A DNA stretch of 64,000 nucleotides from a virus (lineage: Duplodnaviria > Caudoviricetes): positions 880-64,879 of the IMG/VR virus record IMGVR_UViG_3300017780_003662. One strand, written 5' to 3'. The notes under the pieces are model-generated. The model was not told the DNA's origin. It searched no databases and was given only the letters and a program-made list of their open reading frames with translations. Both the position numbers and the translations under genes were made by a program. Of the stretch, positions 1 through 9,671 are shown one piece after another (positions within the stretch are counted from its first letter, which is position 1; each line of letters begins with the position of its first letter).

Positions 1-3
1 AGA

Positions 4-456
4 TTGACCTTCAGAAAAACCCTGTTGATGCGGCGCTCCCGCCGCCCTGGCTTTGACGTGGACGACACACCAAAGGTCGAGGACCAGATCAAGCTGATCG
101 AGGCGCAGGCGTCTGCTAAAGAGGTCGCCAGCAAATTCATCGGCAAGTATGGGATCTTGCTTATTGTGTTTTTGGTGTGTGTTGGCGTGTTTGCAGCAAC
201 TATTTTGCCGGCTGAGGCGCTGACGCCGGTTGTGGGGTTGGTATCCACAGCCGCGATGGCGCTGATCGGCATACTCACTGGCATTACGGGCACCGCAGCC
301 AAGCAGGAAAAGCCGGAGTTTCAGGTGATCCAAAACCTGATTGACCGGCTGGACCAGAAAGAGCCGATGCGGGTAGATGTGACTGAAGGCAAGATTACGG
401 TCACTAAAGGGGTCGACACTATTGACCTAGTAAAATCTGAGCAGAAGGATAAGTAA
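4..456 (+). CDS. Membrane protein with two predicted TM helices next to the lysis genes (true start uncertain)
   Basis: Hydrophobic GILLIVFLVCVGVFAATIL and VVGLVSTAAMALIGILTGI; stop abuts the next ATG at 457. Confidence 0.55.
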   Translation: MTFRKTLLMRRSRRPGFDVDDTPKVEDQIKLIEAQASAKEVASKFIGKYGILLIVFLVCVGVFAATILPAEALTPVVGLVSTAAMALIGILTGITGTAAKQEKPEFQVIQNLIDRLDQKEPMRVDVTEGKITVTKGVDTIDLVKSEQKDK

Positions 457-612
457 ATGATTAAAATTGAACTACCTGTGCAGGACGTGAACGTGATTTT
501 GGTCGCGCTGTCCAAGCTGCCGTACGAAGCGGTAGCCGACCTCATTCAGACCGTCCGCGCGCAAGCCGCTCCGCAAGTCGAAGCCGCCCCCGCGGAACCT
601 TTGACGGAGTGA
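457..612 (+). CDS. Small hypothetical protein (51 aa, MIKIELPVQDVNVILVALSKLPYEAVADLI...)
   Basis: Translated by hand; ATG follows the previous TAA directly; AAGGA upstream. Confidence 0.6.
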   Translation: MIKIELPVQDVNVILVALSKLPYEAVADLIQTVRAQAAPQVEAAPAEPLTE

Positions 613-629
613 CGACTAAGGGGTTAGGT

Positions 630-1052
630 ATGATTGGCGTGGAAGCCCTGCTGACTATCGGCGCAAAACTGCTTGATAGAGTCATACCTGACCCCGAAGC
701 CAAGGCGCAAGCTCATGCCGAGCTCACTCGCCTTGCGCAAGAAGGCGAACTGGCTAAGTTAGCCGCAAGCACCAAGCTCGACGAAGCGGAGATTACCGGC
801 GTCTCCGACCGATGGAAGGCAGACATGGGTAGCGATTCTTGGCTATCTAAAAACGTGCGGCCAATGACGCTCGTGTACCTGCTATCCGCGTATTTGTTGT
901 TGGCCGTGCTCGATGGATTAGGGTTTAAAGTTTCCGAGAACTACGTCACCCTTCTGGGACAGTGGGGTATGCTCGTAATGAGCGCGTACTTCGGGGGCAG
1001 GACCTTAGAAAAAATCCTTTCGGCACGGACGACCAATGAAAGAAAACTTTGA
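630..1052 (+). CDS. Holin, 3-TM (gene-transfer-agent-release type)
   Basis: DRVIPDPEAKA, W-ADMGSDSWLSKNVRP and YFGGRTLEK motifs; overlaps the endolysin start. Confidence 0.75.
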   Translation: MIGVEALLTIGAKLLDRVIPDPEAKAQAHAELTRLAQEGELAKLAASTKLDEAEITGVSDRWKADMGSDSWLSKNVRPMTLVYLLSAYLLLAVLDGLGFKVSENYVTLLGQWGMLVMSAYFGGRTLEKILSARTTNERKL

Positions 1053-1548
1053 CGCGGCGCTAAGCAAGCTCCTGCACCACGAAGGCGGGTTTGTGAACCA
1101 TCCTTCGGATCCTGGCGGGATGACTAATCTTGGGGTGACTAAAGCCGTCTGGGAAGAGTGGACTGGCCATTCGGTTGACGAGGCCGCTATGCGCCGCCTT
1201 ACGCCGGCTGACGTTGCTCCGTTGTACAAGCGAAAGTATTGGGACAAAGTCTGCGGGGATGCGCTCCCTGCAGGGGTAGATTACTGCGTGTTTGATGCCG
1301 CGGTAAATAGCGGCCCCGGGCGGGCAGCCAAATGGCTGCAAGAGGCTGTCGGGGTTGTTGCTGATGGGGCCATCGGGCCTAAAACTTTGGCCGCGGTAGC
1401 GGCTGCTGACGATCAAGAAACCATCGATAAGTTTAATGCGGCCCGGCTCAAATTTTTGCAAGCGCTAGCTACGTGGGATACGTTCGGCCGCGGATGGGGC
1501 AGGCGGGTCGCAGAAGTTACAAAGGCGGCCGCAACCATGACTGCGTGA
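1036..1548 (+). CDS. Endolysin, glycoside hydrolase family 108 with peptidoglycan-binding domain
   Basis: HEGGFVNHPSDPGGMTNLGVT catalytic motif, FDAAVNSGPGRA, DGAIGPKT, FGRGW. Confidence 0.9.
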   Translation: MKENFDAALSKLLHHEGGFVNHPSDPGGMTNLGVTKAVWEEWTGHSVDEAAMRRLTPADVAPLYKRKYWDKVCGDALPAGVDYCVFDAAVNSGPGRAAKWLQEAVGVVADGAIGPKTLAAVAAADDQETIDKFNAARLKFLQALATWDTFGRGWGRRVAEVTKAAATMTA

Positions 1549-1555
1549 GGACGGT

Positions 1556-3424
1556 ATGCCCCTACGAAAAATACTGCCCAAAAGCGGCGTAAATAAAGAG
1601 AACACCCGCTACACCACGGAAGGTGGGTGGTGGTCTTGCGACAAGATTCGGTTTCGCCAAGGCACGCCCGAGAAGATCGGAGGGTGGGAACGGATTTCGT
1701 CCGCGACTTTTCTGGGCTACGCTCGGTCCTTGTGGAACTGGATTACGCTGGCCGGGCTGAATCTGCTCGGCATCGGCACCAACAAAAAGTTCTACATCGA
1801 AAACGGTGCGCAGTATTACGACGTCACCCCGATTCGAGACACGGTAACGCTCAATAACCCGTTCACCGCGACTAACGGCTCCGCGGTTATTACCGTTGCG
1901 GATGTGGCCCACGGCTGTATCACAGGCGACTACGTTACGTTTTCGGGGGCGGTCGGCTTAGGCGGGAACATCTCGGCTGCGGTGCTTAACCAAGAGTACG
2001 AGATTACCGTCCTCACGACGGATACTTACACGTTCACGGCGACGGCCACTGCCAATGCGACTGACGCCGCGGGCTCCCCTGGAGGCGGCGCCGCGGTGGC
2101 TGCTGCGTACCAGATCAATACGGGGCCTGAGTTTTCTGTTCCTTTGGTCGGGTGGGGTGCTGGGCCGTGGGGCGGAGGCTCTTGGGGCAGTACATCTGCC
2201 ACCGACAGTTTGCGCTTGTGGAGCCAAAGCAATTTTGGCGAGGATCTGATATTTAACCCGCGTGGCGGGGGCATCTACTACTGGGACGCTAGCGCCGGGC
2301 TCACTACTCGCGCGGTGAATATCAGCACGCTCCCGGGGGCGTCCAACCCGCCCACTCAAGCTAACTTCATCTTTGTGTCCGATCAGAGTCGGTTTGTTTT
2401 TGCCTTCGGCACGACGGATATCGATACGGCCGCGTTTGACCCCATGTTGATCCGGTGGTCTGACCAAGAGGATGCAGGCAACTGGACGCCCTCCGCGCTG
2501 TCGCAGGCTGGCAGCTTGCGGCTGTCTCACGGGTCTACGATTATTGGCGCGCTGCAGTCCAGACAAGAGATTCTGGTTTGGACAGACAGCGCCATGTACT
2601 CCCTGCAGTATCTGGGCGCCCCAGAGGTGTGGGGGGCGCAGCTGCTAGGCGACAATATCTCTATCTGCTCGCAGAATGCTCCGGCCTTGGCGTCGGGGGT
2701 TGTGTACTGGATGGGGGTGGACAAGTTTTATAGGTACGACGGACGCGTAACTACTCTACGATGCGACCTGCGGCAACACGTTTACCAGGACATCAACACG
2801 TCTCAGTACGGCCAGATTTTCGCCGGCACAAGCGAAGGGTTCAACGAGGCGTGGTGGTTTTACTGCACTGCCGGGTCCACCGAGATTGATAGCTACGTGA
2901 TATACAACTACGGAGAGGACGTGTGGTATTACGGCACGATGGCGAGGACCGCCTGGCTCGACAGCGGCCTGCGGCCCTACCCGTTTGCGGCTACCTATAG
3001 CCGCAATATCGTCTCCCACGAAGTTGGTACGGACGACAAAGAGACTGGCACCCCTGCGGCTATCAGTGCCTACGTCGAGTCGTCTGAGTTTGACATCGAT
3101 GATGGTCACAACTTCTCGTTCATCTACCGCGTGCTGCCGGATATCACGTTTAGAGGGTCTGAAGCCGCATCCCCCAAGGTCACGATGTACCTAAAACCGC
3201 TTAGAAACTCGGGGTCCGGATACAACGATCCTGAGTCGGTTGGGGGGTCGAGTAGCGCGCAAGTGACGCGGACTGCGGCTATTCCGGTGGAGCAGTTTAC
3301 CGGGCAGGTCTACACTCGAGTGCGGGGCCGGCAGCTGGCACTGAAAGTTGAAAGCACTGAGCTCGGCGTAGCGTGGCAGCTTGGCGCTCCTCGTATCGAT
3401 ATTCGTCCTGATGGCCGTCGTTGA
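1556..3424 (+). CDS. Tail tubular protein B / nozzle-like protein
   Basis: 622 aa beta-rich; IRWSDQED, ILVWTD, FNEAWWFY, RTAWLD repeats; position before internal virion genes. Confidence 0.75.
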   Translation: MPLRKILPKSGVNKENTRYTTEGGWWSCDKIRFRQGTPEKIGGWERISSATFLGYARSLWNWITLAGLNLLGIGTNKKFYIENGAQYYDVTPIRDTVTLNNPFTATNGSAVITVADVAHGCITGDYVTFSGAVGLGGNISAAVLNQEYEITVLTTDTYTFTATATANATDAAGSPGGGAAVAAAYQINTGPEFSVPLVGWGAGPWGGGSWGSTSATDSLRLWSQSNFGEDLIFNPRGGGIYYWDASAGLTTRAVNISTLPGASNPPTQANFIFVSDQSRFVFAFGTTDIDTAAFDPMLIRWSDQEDAGNWTPSALSQAGSLRLSHGSTIIGALQSRQEILVWTDSAMYSLQYLGAPEVWGAQLLGDNISICSQNAPALASGVVYWMGVDKFYRYDGRVTTLRCDLRQHVYQDINTSQYGQIFAGTSEGFNEAWWFYCTAGSTEIDSYVIYNYGEDVWYYGTMARTAWLDSGLRPYPFAATYSRNIVSHEVGTDDKETGTPAAISAYVESSEFDIDDGHNFSFIYRVLPDITFRGSEAASPKVTMYLKPLRNSGSGYNDPESVGGSSSAQVTRTAAIPVEQFTGQVYTRVRGRQLALKVESTELGVAWQLGAPRIDIRPDGRR

Positions 3425-3427
3425 TTT

Positions 3428-4798
3428 ATGGCACTTGTAGAAGCTCAACTTCCTGCGGTTCCCAGGCTGCCCAACGGCCCGACTGAGTACAATGCGGAGT
3501 GGATGGCGCAGTACTCGAACGTGCTTCGGCTGTACTTCAATCAACTTAATTACGTAGTGGGGCAACTCGTGGCGAACCAAGGCCCATACGAAGTTTATTT
3601 TAGTGGTAGCAGCATCGATGCGTTTGGTCGCCTGCGAGTTGGCACCCCCTTCACGTTGTTTGACAGCCAGAATCGCTACGTGGCGGATAACCAGTTTGAT
3701 ACATCGACAGCCACAGGCGGCACAACAACTTATCTGAGTAACGAGAGTTCCGTATCGCTTAACACCACCACGAGCTCCGGCAGTGAAGTTGTACGTCAGA
3801 CCTATCGCGTGTTTCCGTATCAACCTGGTAAGGGGCTGACGTTCCTCGCCACCTTTGTTATGGCGGCGCCGCAGACCAACCTGCGGCAGCGGGTGGGCTA
3901 CTTTAATACGCAAAACGGGGTGTTTCTTCAACAAAACGGCACCACAATTTCGTTTGTTTTGCGTTCAAACTCCCTGCCGACGCCAGGGACGCCCAGCGAT
4001 ATTCGCACAGTCAATCAAGCCGATTGGAACGTGGACCGCATGGATGGGACAGGCCCGAGCGGGCGCGTGCTGGATTTGACCAAGAACCAGATTCTGTACA
4101 TAGATTTTGAGTGGCTTGGTACAGGCGACGTTCGTTGCGGATTTTATGCTGACGGCAAACCGCAAATTTGCCACATCTTCCACAATGACAATACGCAAAC
4201 TGCAGTGTATATGCAGACGGCCATCCTGCCGGTGCGGTATGAAATCACCAATACAGGAGCGACAGCGTCTGCGTCGTCGATGAAACAGGTCTGTTCGACA
4301 GTGATCGTTGAGGGCGGGTACGAACAAGCCGTGGCTCCTCAGATTGCCCGACGCACATCGGTTTTGCCTACCATCGGCACCACGTTTTTGCCCTTGGTAT
4401 CGATCAGACTTAACAGCGCGGCATTGGGCGCGGTCGTCCTGCCTCAGCAGGTCAATGTATTCCCAACAACAATCCAGAACTACGAAATCGCGTTGGTTAA
4501 AAACTCAACGCTGACAGGCGCATCGTGGGTAGCGGGCACGTTTCAAAACGTCGATTATGATGTCACCGCCACCGCAATGACGGTAACACCTACGAATATC
4601 GTGCAGACTTTTTACCTCACAGCCTCGAGCCAAGCGGTGACGCCAACCAACCAAGTCAACATATACAACTTTGATTTGCAGTTGGGCGTGTCGTTGGCCG
4701 GAGTCAGCGATATCTACACGGTGGCAATCCGCACGGTCTCAGGTGCGACGACGGGCGATGCTGTGGGCTCGCTGTCTTTCTACGATCTGACGCAGTGA
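3428..4798 (+). CDS. Tail-associated structural protein
   Basis: N-terminal PRLP..PTEYN...NVLRLYFNQL segment fused to a DAFGRLRV.P.TLFD beta-sandwich-like domain; follows the nozzle. Confidence 0.55.
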   Translation: MALVEAQLPAVPRLPNGPTEYNAEWMAQYSNVLRLYFNQLNYVVGQLVANQGPYEVYFSGSSIDAFGRLRVGTPFTLFDSQNRYVADNQFDTSTATGGTTTYLSNESSVSLNTTTSSGSEVVRQTYRVFPYQPGKGLTFLATFVMAAPQTNLRQRVGYFNTQNGVFLQQNGTTISFVLRSNSLPTPGTPSDIRTVNQADWNVDRMDGTGPSGRVLDLTKNQILYIDFEWLGTGDVRCGFYADGKPQICHIFHNDNTQTAVYMQTAILPVRYEITNTGATASASSMKQVCSTVIVEGGYEQAVAPQIARRTSVLPTIGTTFLPLVSIRLNSAALGAVVLPQQVNVFPTTIQNYEIALVKNSTLTGASWVAGTFQNVDYDVTATAMTVTPTNIVQTFYLTASSQAVTPTNQVNIYNFDLQLGVSLAGVSDIYTVAIRTVSGATTGDAVGSLSFYDLTQ

Positions 4799-4805
4799 GG
4801 TAAGC

Positions 4806-7787
4806 ATGGCAACAGACGCACTGCCCACGACGCTCTACCCTGGCCAGACAAACGATCCGGTGTGGGAAGGCATCCTGAACCGGATCTGGCAACAGCACGT
4901 GCAGCGATTCGGGGTGGGCTGGGACACCGGCCGCACGACCGACGCAGAGCGCGCGGCAGTGCTCAAGCAGATGCAGACCGAGTACGCCGCTGCCAAAACG
5001 CCAGGCACATTACAAAATTTATCAGAAGCCGACGCCTACAATTACAAGCATTACCAAGGTAATTGGGCAAACCAAAACGCCGGTAAGTTGCTGGGCTACA
5101 TCTACGACAATACCGCCTCTAAGCAGTACGGCACCGACGTGCAGCCGGTGTGGAACGAAACCGGAGAGGGTGGGTTTTACAGCTACCAACCTACCGCCCC
5201 TGCCAAAACGACCTATCAGGCATTCAGCGACAGTAAGCCGATTCCGGTTTATGAGCCGCCGATAGATTTTGAACTGAATGACCGCCGGCTGACGGACAAG
5301 GAAAAGTTTGAGCTGGCCGCAGGACTCGCGGGCGCCGAGGACGTATCACGTTACGGCAAGATCAGCGCCGGCACGCTCGACTCAAACTACGTACCGCTCG
5401 GGCTGCGTAGTGCGGTTGGGTTGCCGATGTCCTTTGACATGCTGCGCAACATTGACCCGTCTCGGCCTGACTGGAACCTGCAAAAAGCGGCGGTTTACAA
5501 CCCTACATCCAAAGGCTTTTTTGGCGATATCCTTTCAGATATTGCCGGGATGGGGCCGATTGTTCCGATTGCCTTGATGGCTGCGGGGGTTCCCCCAGTC
5601 TATGCCGGGGCAACAATGGGCGGCCTGGGGGCTGCAGCGGGGGACGGCAATATCCTGGAGGGTATCGCCAAGGGAGCGGCCACAGCTGCACTCGGGCAGG
5701 GGTTGAGTACCGCCCTGCCTACGGGCGGGATTGCCAGCCTGGTTGAGCAGGCCACCGGCCTGAGCGGCCTGCCCACGGCGATGATTGAGAATGCGGCCAA
5801 AGGCGCCGCCACGGCTGTGCTCAAAGGCGGAGACGCACTCGAAGGCGCTCTGATGGGCGCCGCATCTTCGGGCATATCGGGGATTGCCAGCGGGCTTGAA
5901 GGGTTCGCTGACCTAGACCCCGCGTTGCAAAAAACACTGACGTCTGTTGCCACGGGCGCGGCCAAGGCGCTTGTAACCGGCGGGAACCCGCTAGAAGGCG
6001 CCGTGCAGAACGGTATCGCTGCATTGGTGTCGGCTGCGCCGCAGATAGCGGCAGGCTTGGAGTCGGCGGTGTCGGCGCCCGCACAAGGGGAAGAGCCTTC
6101 GTTTGACGAGATGGTTGCGGCTATGGGCGAGCAAGATGCCCAGCAGGCGGCCTTTGAGTCCGCCCTGCAAGCTTATGAGCCCACTGCGCTTGAGTCCGCA
6201 ATCGATGCAGGCTATTTGGGCCAGGAACCTGTTGGACTTGAGCAACTGCTCGCCGCACAGAAAGAAGCTCCGGCCATTACGCTGCCGGAGGCTGCGCCTA
6301 GCGCGCCGCTCGCTCCGGCTGATGTGGCTACCGCAGCACAGGAAGCGGGCGTTAGCCTTACGCCCGAGCAGACCGCTAGCTTGGCTACGTCCGAAACCGA
6401 GGACACCCTGCTTGATACCCTCAAGCAGATGGCCGAGTCTGCGGTGGGGGCGGTAGTGCCGTCTGCTGAGGCCGCTGGGCAAGACAAGCTCGTGTTGTCC
6501 ACGCCTGAAGCTACGCAAGGGGCACAGCCTAAAGATTACCAGGCGTTCTTCGATGTTATGCGGAGCGACGACCCGCAACTGGCCTACAGCAACTTGCCAG
6601 CAGAAGAGCGCGCTGCCGTAGACCGAGCCGGGCAAGAGTTTCAAGCCAGCTCCGAAGAGCGGCAATCGGAGCTCTATACGCAGTACCGCGTAGGCGGGCT
6701 CGAAGATACCCTGCCCCTGCCTGCGTCTGAAGAAGATATTTTTGCTGGGCTTGCCCAACAAGAAGCTGACCAGGCGCAGATGCAGCAGGCGTTGGAAACA
6801 GCAATTCCGGATCAGCCGCAGCCGGCCGAAGTGGATCGAATCCTCGACCAGATCGCCACGACAACTGACCAGGATACTGCAGACATTCAATCGTTGTTCC
6901 AGCAACAGCTTGCAGACGCAAAGGCTGAAGGCAAAACGTCGGATGAAGCCTTGCAGGCAGCGTTGGACCAAGTCAGCCAGCAGGCTACTCAAGCGCAACA
7001 ATCTACCACCGCACAGTTTGAGCAGTTGGGCACCGGGCTCTCTGATTTAGGACAACAACTGCAAACTCAGGCTCAACAAGAGGCCGCTGACCGGGCCGCG
7101 CTTGAGGCCGCCTTACGCGGAGAGTATCAGACTGGGTTCGGCTCACTGTCTGAACAGATGCAGACTCAGGCTCAACAAGAGGCCGCTGACCGGGCCGCGC
7201 TTGAGGCCGCCTTACGCGGAGAGTATCAGACTGGGTTCGGCTCGTTAGAGCAGCAGATCCTTAGCGAGTCTGAAAAACAAGCGGCTGCTCAGCAGGCAAT
7301 GCAGGAAGCCTTGCAGCAACAGTTTGGCGCTGGCGTATCCGACCTTGAGCAGCAGATCATTGCACAAGCCGCAGCAGATGAGGCTGAGCGCGCTAAGCTG
7401 GAGGCGGCGCTACGCGAGCTTGGGACCAGTACTTCTCAGCAGATTGGCCAGGTGCAGACCGGCTTAGGACAGCAGCTAGGCCAGCTAGGGTCCGTGCTCG
7501 GACAAAAGATCACGGGGTTAGGTCAGCAGCAAGCCGCGGCGCAGTCGGCGCTAGGGCAGCAGGTTCAAGCTGCGCAACAACAGGCTAACTTAGGCATGCT
7601 GTTTAACTTGCTCGGCGGCATGGGCCAGCAACAACCTCAGCCGGTTGTGCAAAAAAGTACCCCCGCGGAGATTAAGTACTTTTACGATATCGGCGGAAAG
7701 AGCATTTTTGCGCCGACGTTTTCAGGCAGTACCCCCTACGCGGAAGGCGGCACCGTGCAGGATTTGATGCGGATTATGAGAGGCTAA
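4806..7787 (+). CDS. Putative internal virion / ejection protein (993 aa, A/Q/G-rich, coiled coil)
   Basis: Gly/Ala hydrophobic stretch, Gln-rich C-terminal half, C-terminal YAEGG motif; synteny. Confidence 0.55.
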   Translation: MATDALPTTLYPGQTNDPVWEGILNRIWQQHVQRFGVGWDTGRTTDAERAAVLKQMQTEYAAAKTPGTLQNLSEADAYNYKHYQGNWANQNAGKLLGYIYDNTASKQYGTDVQPVWNETGEGGFYSYQPTAPAKTTYQAFSDSKPIPVYEPPIDFELNDRRLTDKEKFELAAGLAGAEDVSRYGKISAGTLDSNYVPLGLRSAVGLPMSFDMLRNIDPSRPDWNLQKAAVYNPTSKGFFGDILSDIAGMGPIVPIALMAAGVPPVYAGATMGGLGAAAGDGNILEGIAKGAATAALGQGLSTALPTGGIASLVEQATGLSGLPTAMIENAAKGAATAVLKGGDALEGALMGAASSGISGIASGLEGFADLDPALQKTLTSVATGAAKALVTGGNPLEGAVQNGIAALVSAAPQIAAGLESAVSAPAQGEEPSFDEMVAAMGEQDAQQAAFESALQAYEPTALESAIDAGYLGQEPVGLEQLLAAQKEAPAITLPEAAPSAPLAPADVATAAQEAGVSLTPEQTASLATSETEDTLLDTLKQMAESAVGAVVPSAEAAGQDKLVLSTPEATQGAQPKDYQAFFDVMRSDDPQLAYSNLPAEERAAVDRAGQEFQASSEERQSELYTQYRVGGLEDTLPLPASEEDIFAGLAQQEADQAQMQQALETAIPDQPQPAEVDRILDQIATTTDQDTADIQSLFQQQLADAKAEGKTSDEALQAALDQVSQQATQAQQSTTAQFEQLGTGLSDLGQQLQTQAQQEAADRAALEAALRGEYQTGFGSLSEQMQTQAQQEAADRAALEAALRGEYQTGFGSLEQQILSESEKQAAAQQAMQEALQQQFGAGVSDLEQQIIAQAAADEAERAKLEAALRELGTSTSQQIGQVQTGLGQQLGQLGSVLGQKITGLGQQQAAAQSALGQQVQAAQQQANLGMLFNLLGGMGQQQPQPVVQKSTPAEIKYFYDIGGKSIFAPTFSGSTPYAEGGTVQDLMRIMRG
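7065..7243 (+). repeat. 80-bp exact direct repeat (7065-7144, 7164-7243), 99-bp period, in frame
   Basis: Encodes TQAQQEAADRAALEAALRGEYQTGFGS twice. Confidence 0.9.
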
Positions 7788-7788
7788 T

Positions 7789-8637
7789 ATGGCATTTGAA
7801 GATTGGGTTGACGCCGGGGGGTTGATGAGTTCGCCCGTTTATCAGACCGCGGAAGATTGGATTGACGCCGGCGGGCTCGGGTACTCACCGTATTCGCCTG
7901 TGTATTGGACAAGCGAAGATTGGATTGGGTCCGGGGGCCTGTCTCCAGACTTCAATACTGCAACCCCAACTGAGGCTGCTATCGACGTCGGCGCTCTTGG
8001 CGGCGGCACCCCTAGCGGCCTGCTTAATCTGCTGAAAACTGCCGGTTCAAAGCTGTTGTTTGATAAGAATGACGACCTAGATTTTAAAAAGCTGGCTACG
8101 ATTGGTGGTGGGCTTGCCGGGTTGATGGGGACTAAGTCGTCCCAACCTGAACGAGTCGGGTACCAAGGCACTATCCCTGCACTGACCGCGGTGCGTGAGC
8201 GCGTAGCCCAGGCTCCGCTCAGCCGGCCTGGCGCGGGCGGGCGCCGGTACTTTTCTGATGTTCAGTATGTCTCGCCGGAACAAGCCCCCGCTGCTCAACA
8301 AGCCGCTGCACAGCAAGCCGCTGGGCTCGCGCAGCTTAATGCTGCAAGGCCCGCTCCGGCGTACGCTGAAGGTGGGATCGCAGGGGGGTATTATTTAGGG
8401 GGTGCCACTGACGGTATGGCGGATGAAGTGCCCGCTAATATTGATGGCAAGCAGCCGGCTAAACTCAGTGACGGCGAATTTGTGGTGCCTGCGGATGTCG
8501 TCAGCCATCTCGGAAATGGCAACTCGGAAGCTGGCGCTCAGCGGCTTTATGAAATGATGGATCGCATCCGTAAAGCACGAACCGGCACGGCAAAGCAGGG
8601 CAAGCAGATCAACCCCAAAAAATTCCTCCCTAAGTGA
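7789..8637 (+). CDS. Putative internal virion protein
   Basis: N-terminal EDWIDAGG repeats; C-terminal YAEGG...DGMADEVPANIDG.QPAKLSDGEFVVPADVV domain. Confidence 0.55.
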   Translation: MAFEDWVDAGGLMSSPVYQTAEDWIDAGGLGYSPYSPVYWTSEDWIGSGGLSPDFNTATPTEAAIDVGALGGGTPSGLLNLLKTAGSKLLFDKNDDLDFKKLATIGGGLAGLMGTKSSQPERVGYQGTIPALTAVRERVAQAPLSRPGAGGRRYFSDVQYVSPEQAPAAQQAAAQQAAGLAQLNAARPAPAYAEGGIAGGYYLGGATDGMADEVPANIDGKQPAKLSDGEFVVPADVVSHLGNGNSEAGAQRLYEMMDRIRKARTGTAKQGKQINPKKFLPK

Positions 8638-8644
8638 GTTAAGA

Positions 8645-9661
8645 ATGGCTACGACTTCGACTGGCACTACCGGCACCACGGGCACTACCGGCACCACGGG
8701 CACCTCGACGCAACTGCCGGTGGGCACGGAATCTTCGCTTTCAAACTGGGCGGGACCTTATGTGACGGGCATGCTTGCTAAAGGCCAAGCGCTAGCGAGC
8801 ACGCCGTATCAAGCCTACGAAGGTCCGCTGACTGCGGGCCCCAGCGCGCTCCAGCAGCAAGCGTTCCAGGGCTTAGCGGGGCTGGCAGTACCTGCCGGAG
8901 CCGAGCAAGCTGCCGGGATGACCGGACAACTGGCGCAACGCGCGGCGAACCTAGGGTATACCCCAGGTACGTTCACCTCGGACATGTTTACGTCGCAGGC
9001 GGCACAGCAGTACATGAACCCGTACCTGCAGACTTCGCTGGATCCCCAGATTGCCGAAGCTCGGCGGCAGGCAGAAATTCAGCGCATCCAAGATGCGTCC
9101 CGGCTAACGCGCGCAGGGGCTTACGGCGGAAGCCGTCAGGCTGTCATGGAAGCTGAAGGCCGGCGTAACCTGGCGCAGAATCTTGCGAACATCACGGGGC
9201 AGGGGTACAACACCGCGTACCAACAAGCCGCGGCGCAGTTTAATGCCGATCAGGCGCGTAAGCAGGCTGCACAGCAATCCGCAGAAAGCTCCAGACAGTT
9301 CGGCGCCGGCTACGGACTGCAAGGACTGCAAACCGCGCTTGGGGCGTCGCAGCAGCAAGCAGGGCTTGCTAACCTGCAGCAACAGATGAACCTGGCTAAC
9401 CTCTCGGCGCAGATGGGCGCGGGCCAGACGCAGCGTGGCATTACCAGCGAAGGACTTGCCGCGGAGAGAGCCGCGTTTGAAGAAGAGCGGGATTACCCGT
9501 ATAAGCAGGTGCAGTACCAACAGTCGCTGCTCCAAGGGCTGCCGCTTGCTGCGCAGACCACAACGTATCAACAGCCAAGCGCACTGGCTGAAGTACTACA
9601 GAGTGCTGGTGGGGTACGCCAGCTGTACGACCTGCTCTTTGGCACGCAAGCCGCTAAGTAA
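8645..9661 (+). CDS. Putative DNA-ejection (pilot) protein
   Basis: Q/A/G-rich, YMNPY and GAYGGSRQAV motifs, TGT repeats at the N-terminus; in the internal-protein block. Confidence 0.55.
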   Translation: MATTSTGTTGTTGTTGTTGTSTQLPVGTESSLSNWAGPYVTGMLAKGQALASTPYQAYEGPLTAGPSALQQQAFQGLAGLAVPAGAEQAAGMTGQLAQRAANLGYTPGTFTSDMFTSQAAQQYMNPYLQTSLDPQIAEARRQAEIQRIQDASRLTRAGAYGGSRQAVMEAEGRRNLAQNLANITGQGYNTAYQQAAAQFNADQARKQAAQQSAESSRQFGAGYGLQGLQTALGASQQQAGLANLQQQMNLANLSAQMGAGQTQRGITSEGLAAERAAFEEERDYPYKQVQYQQSLLQGLPLAAQTTTYQQPSALAEVLQSAGGVRQLYDLLFGTQAAK

Positions 9662-9671
9662 GGACTAAGCT

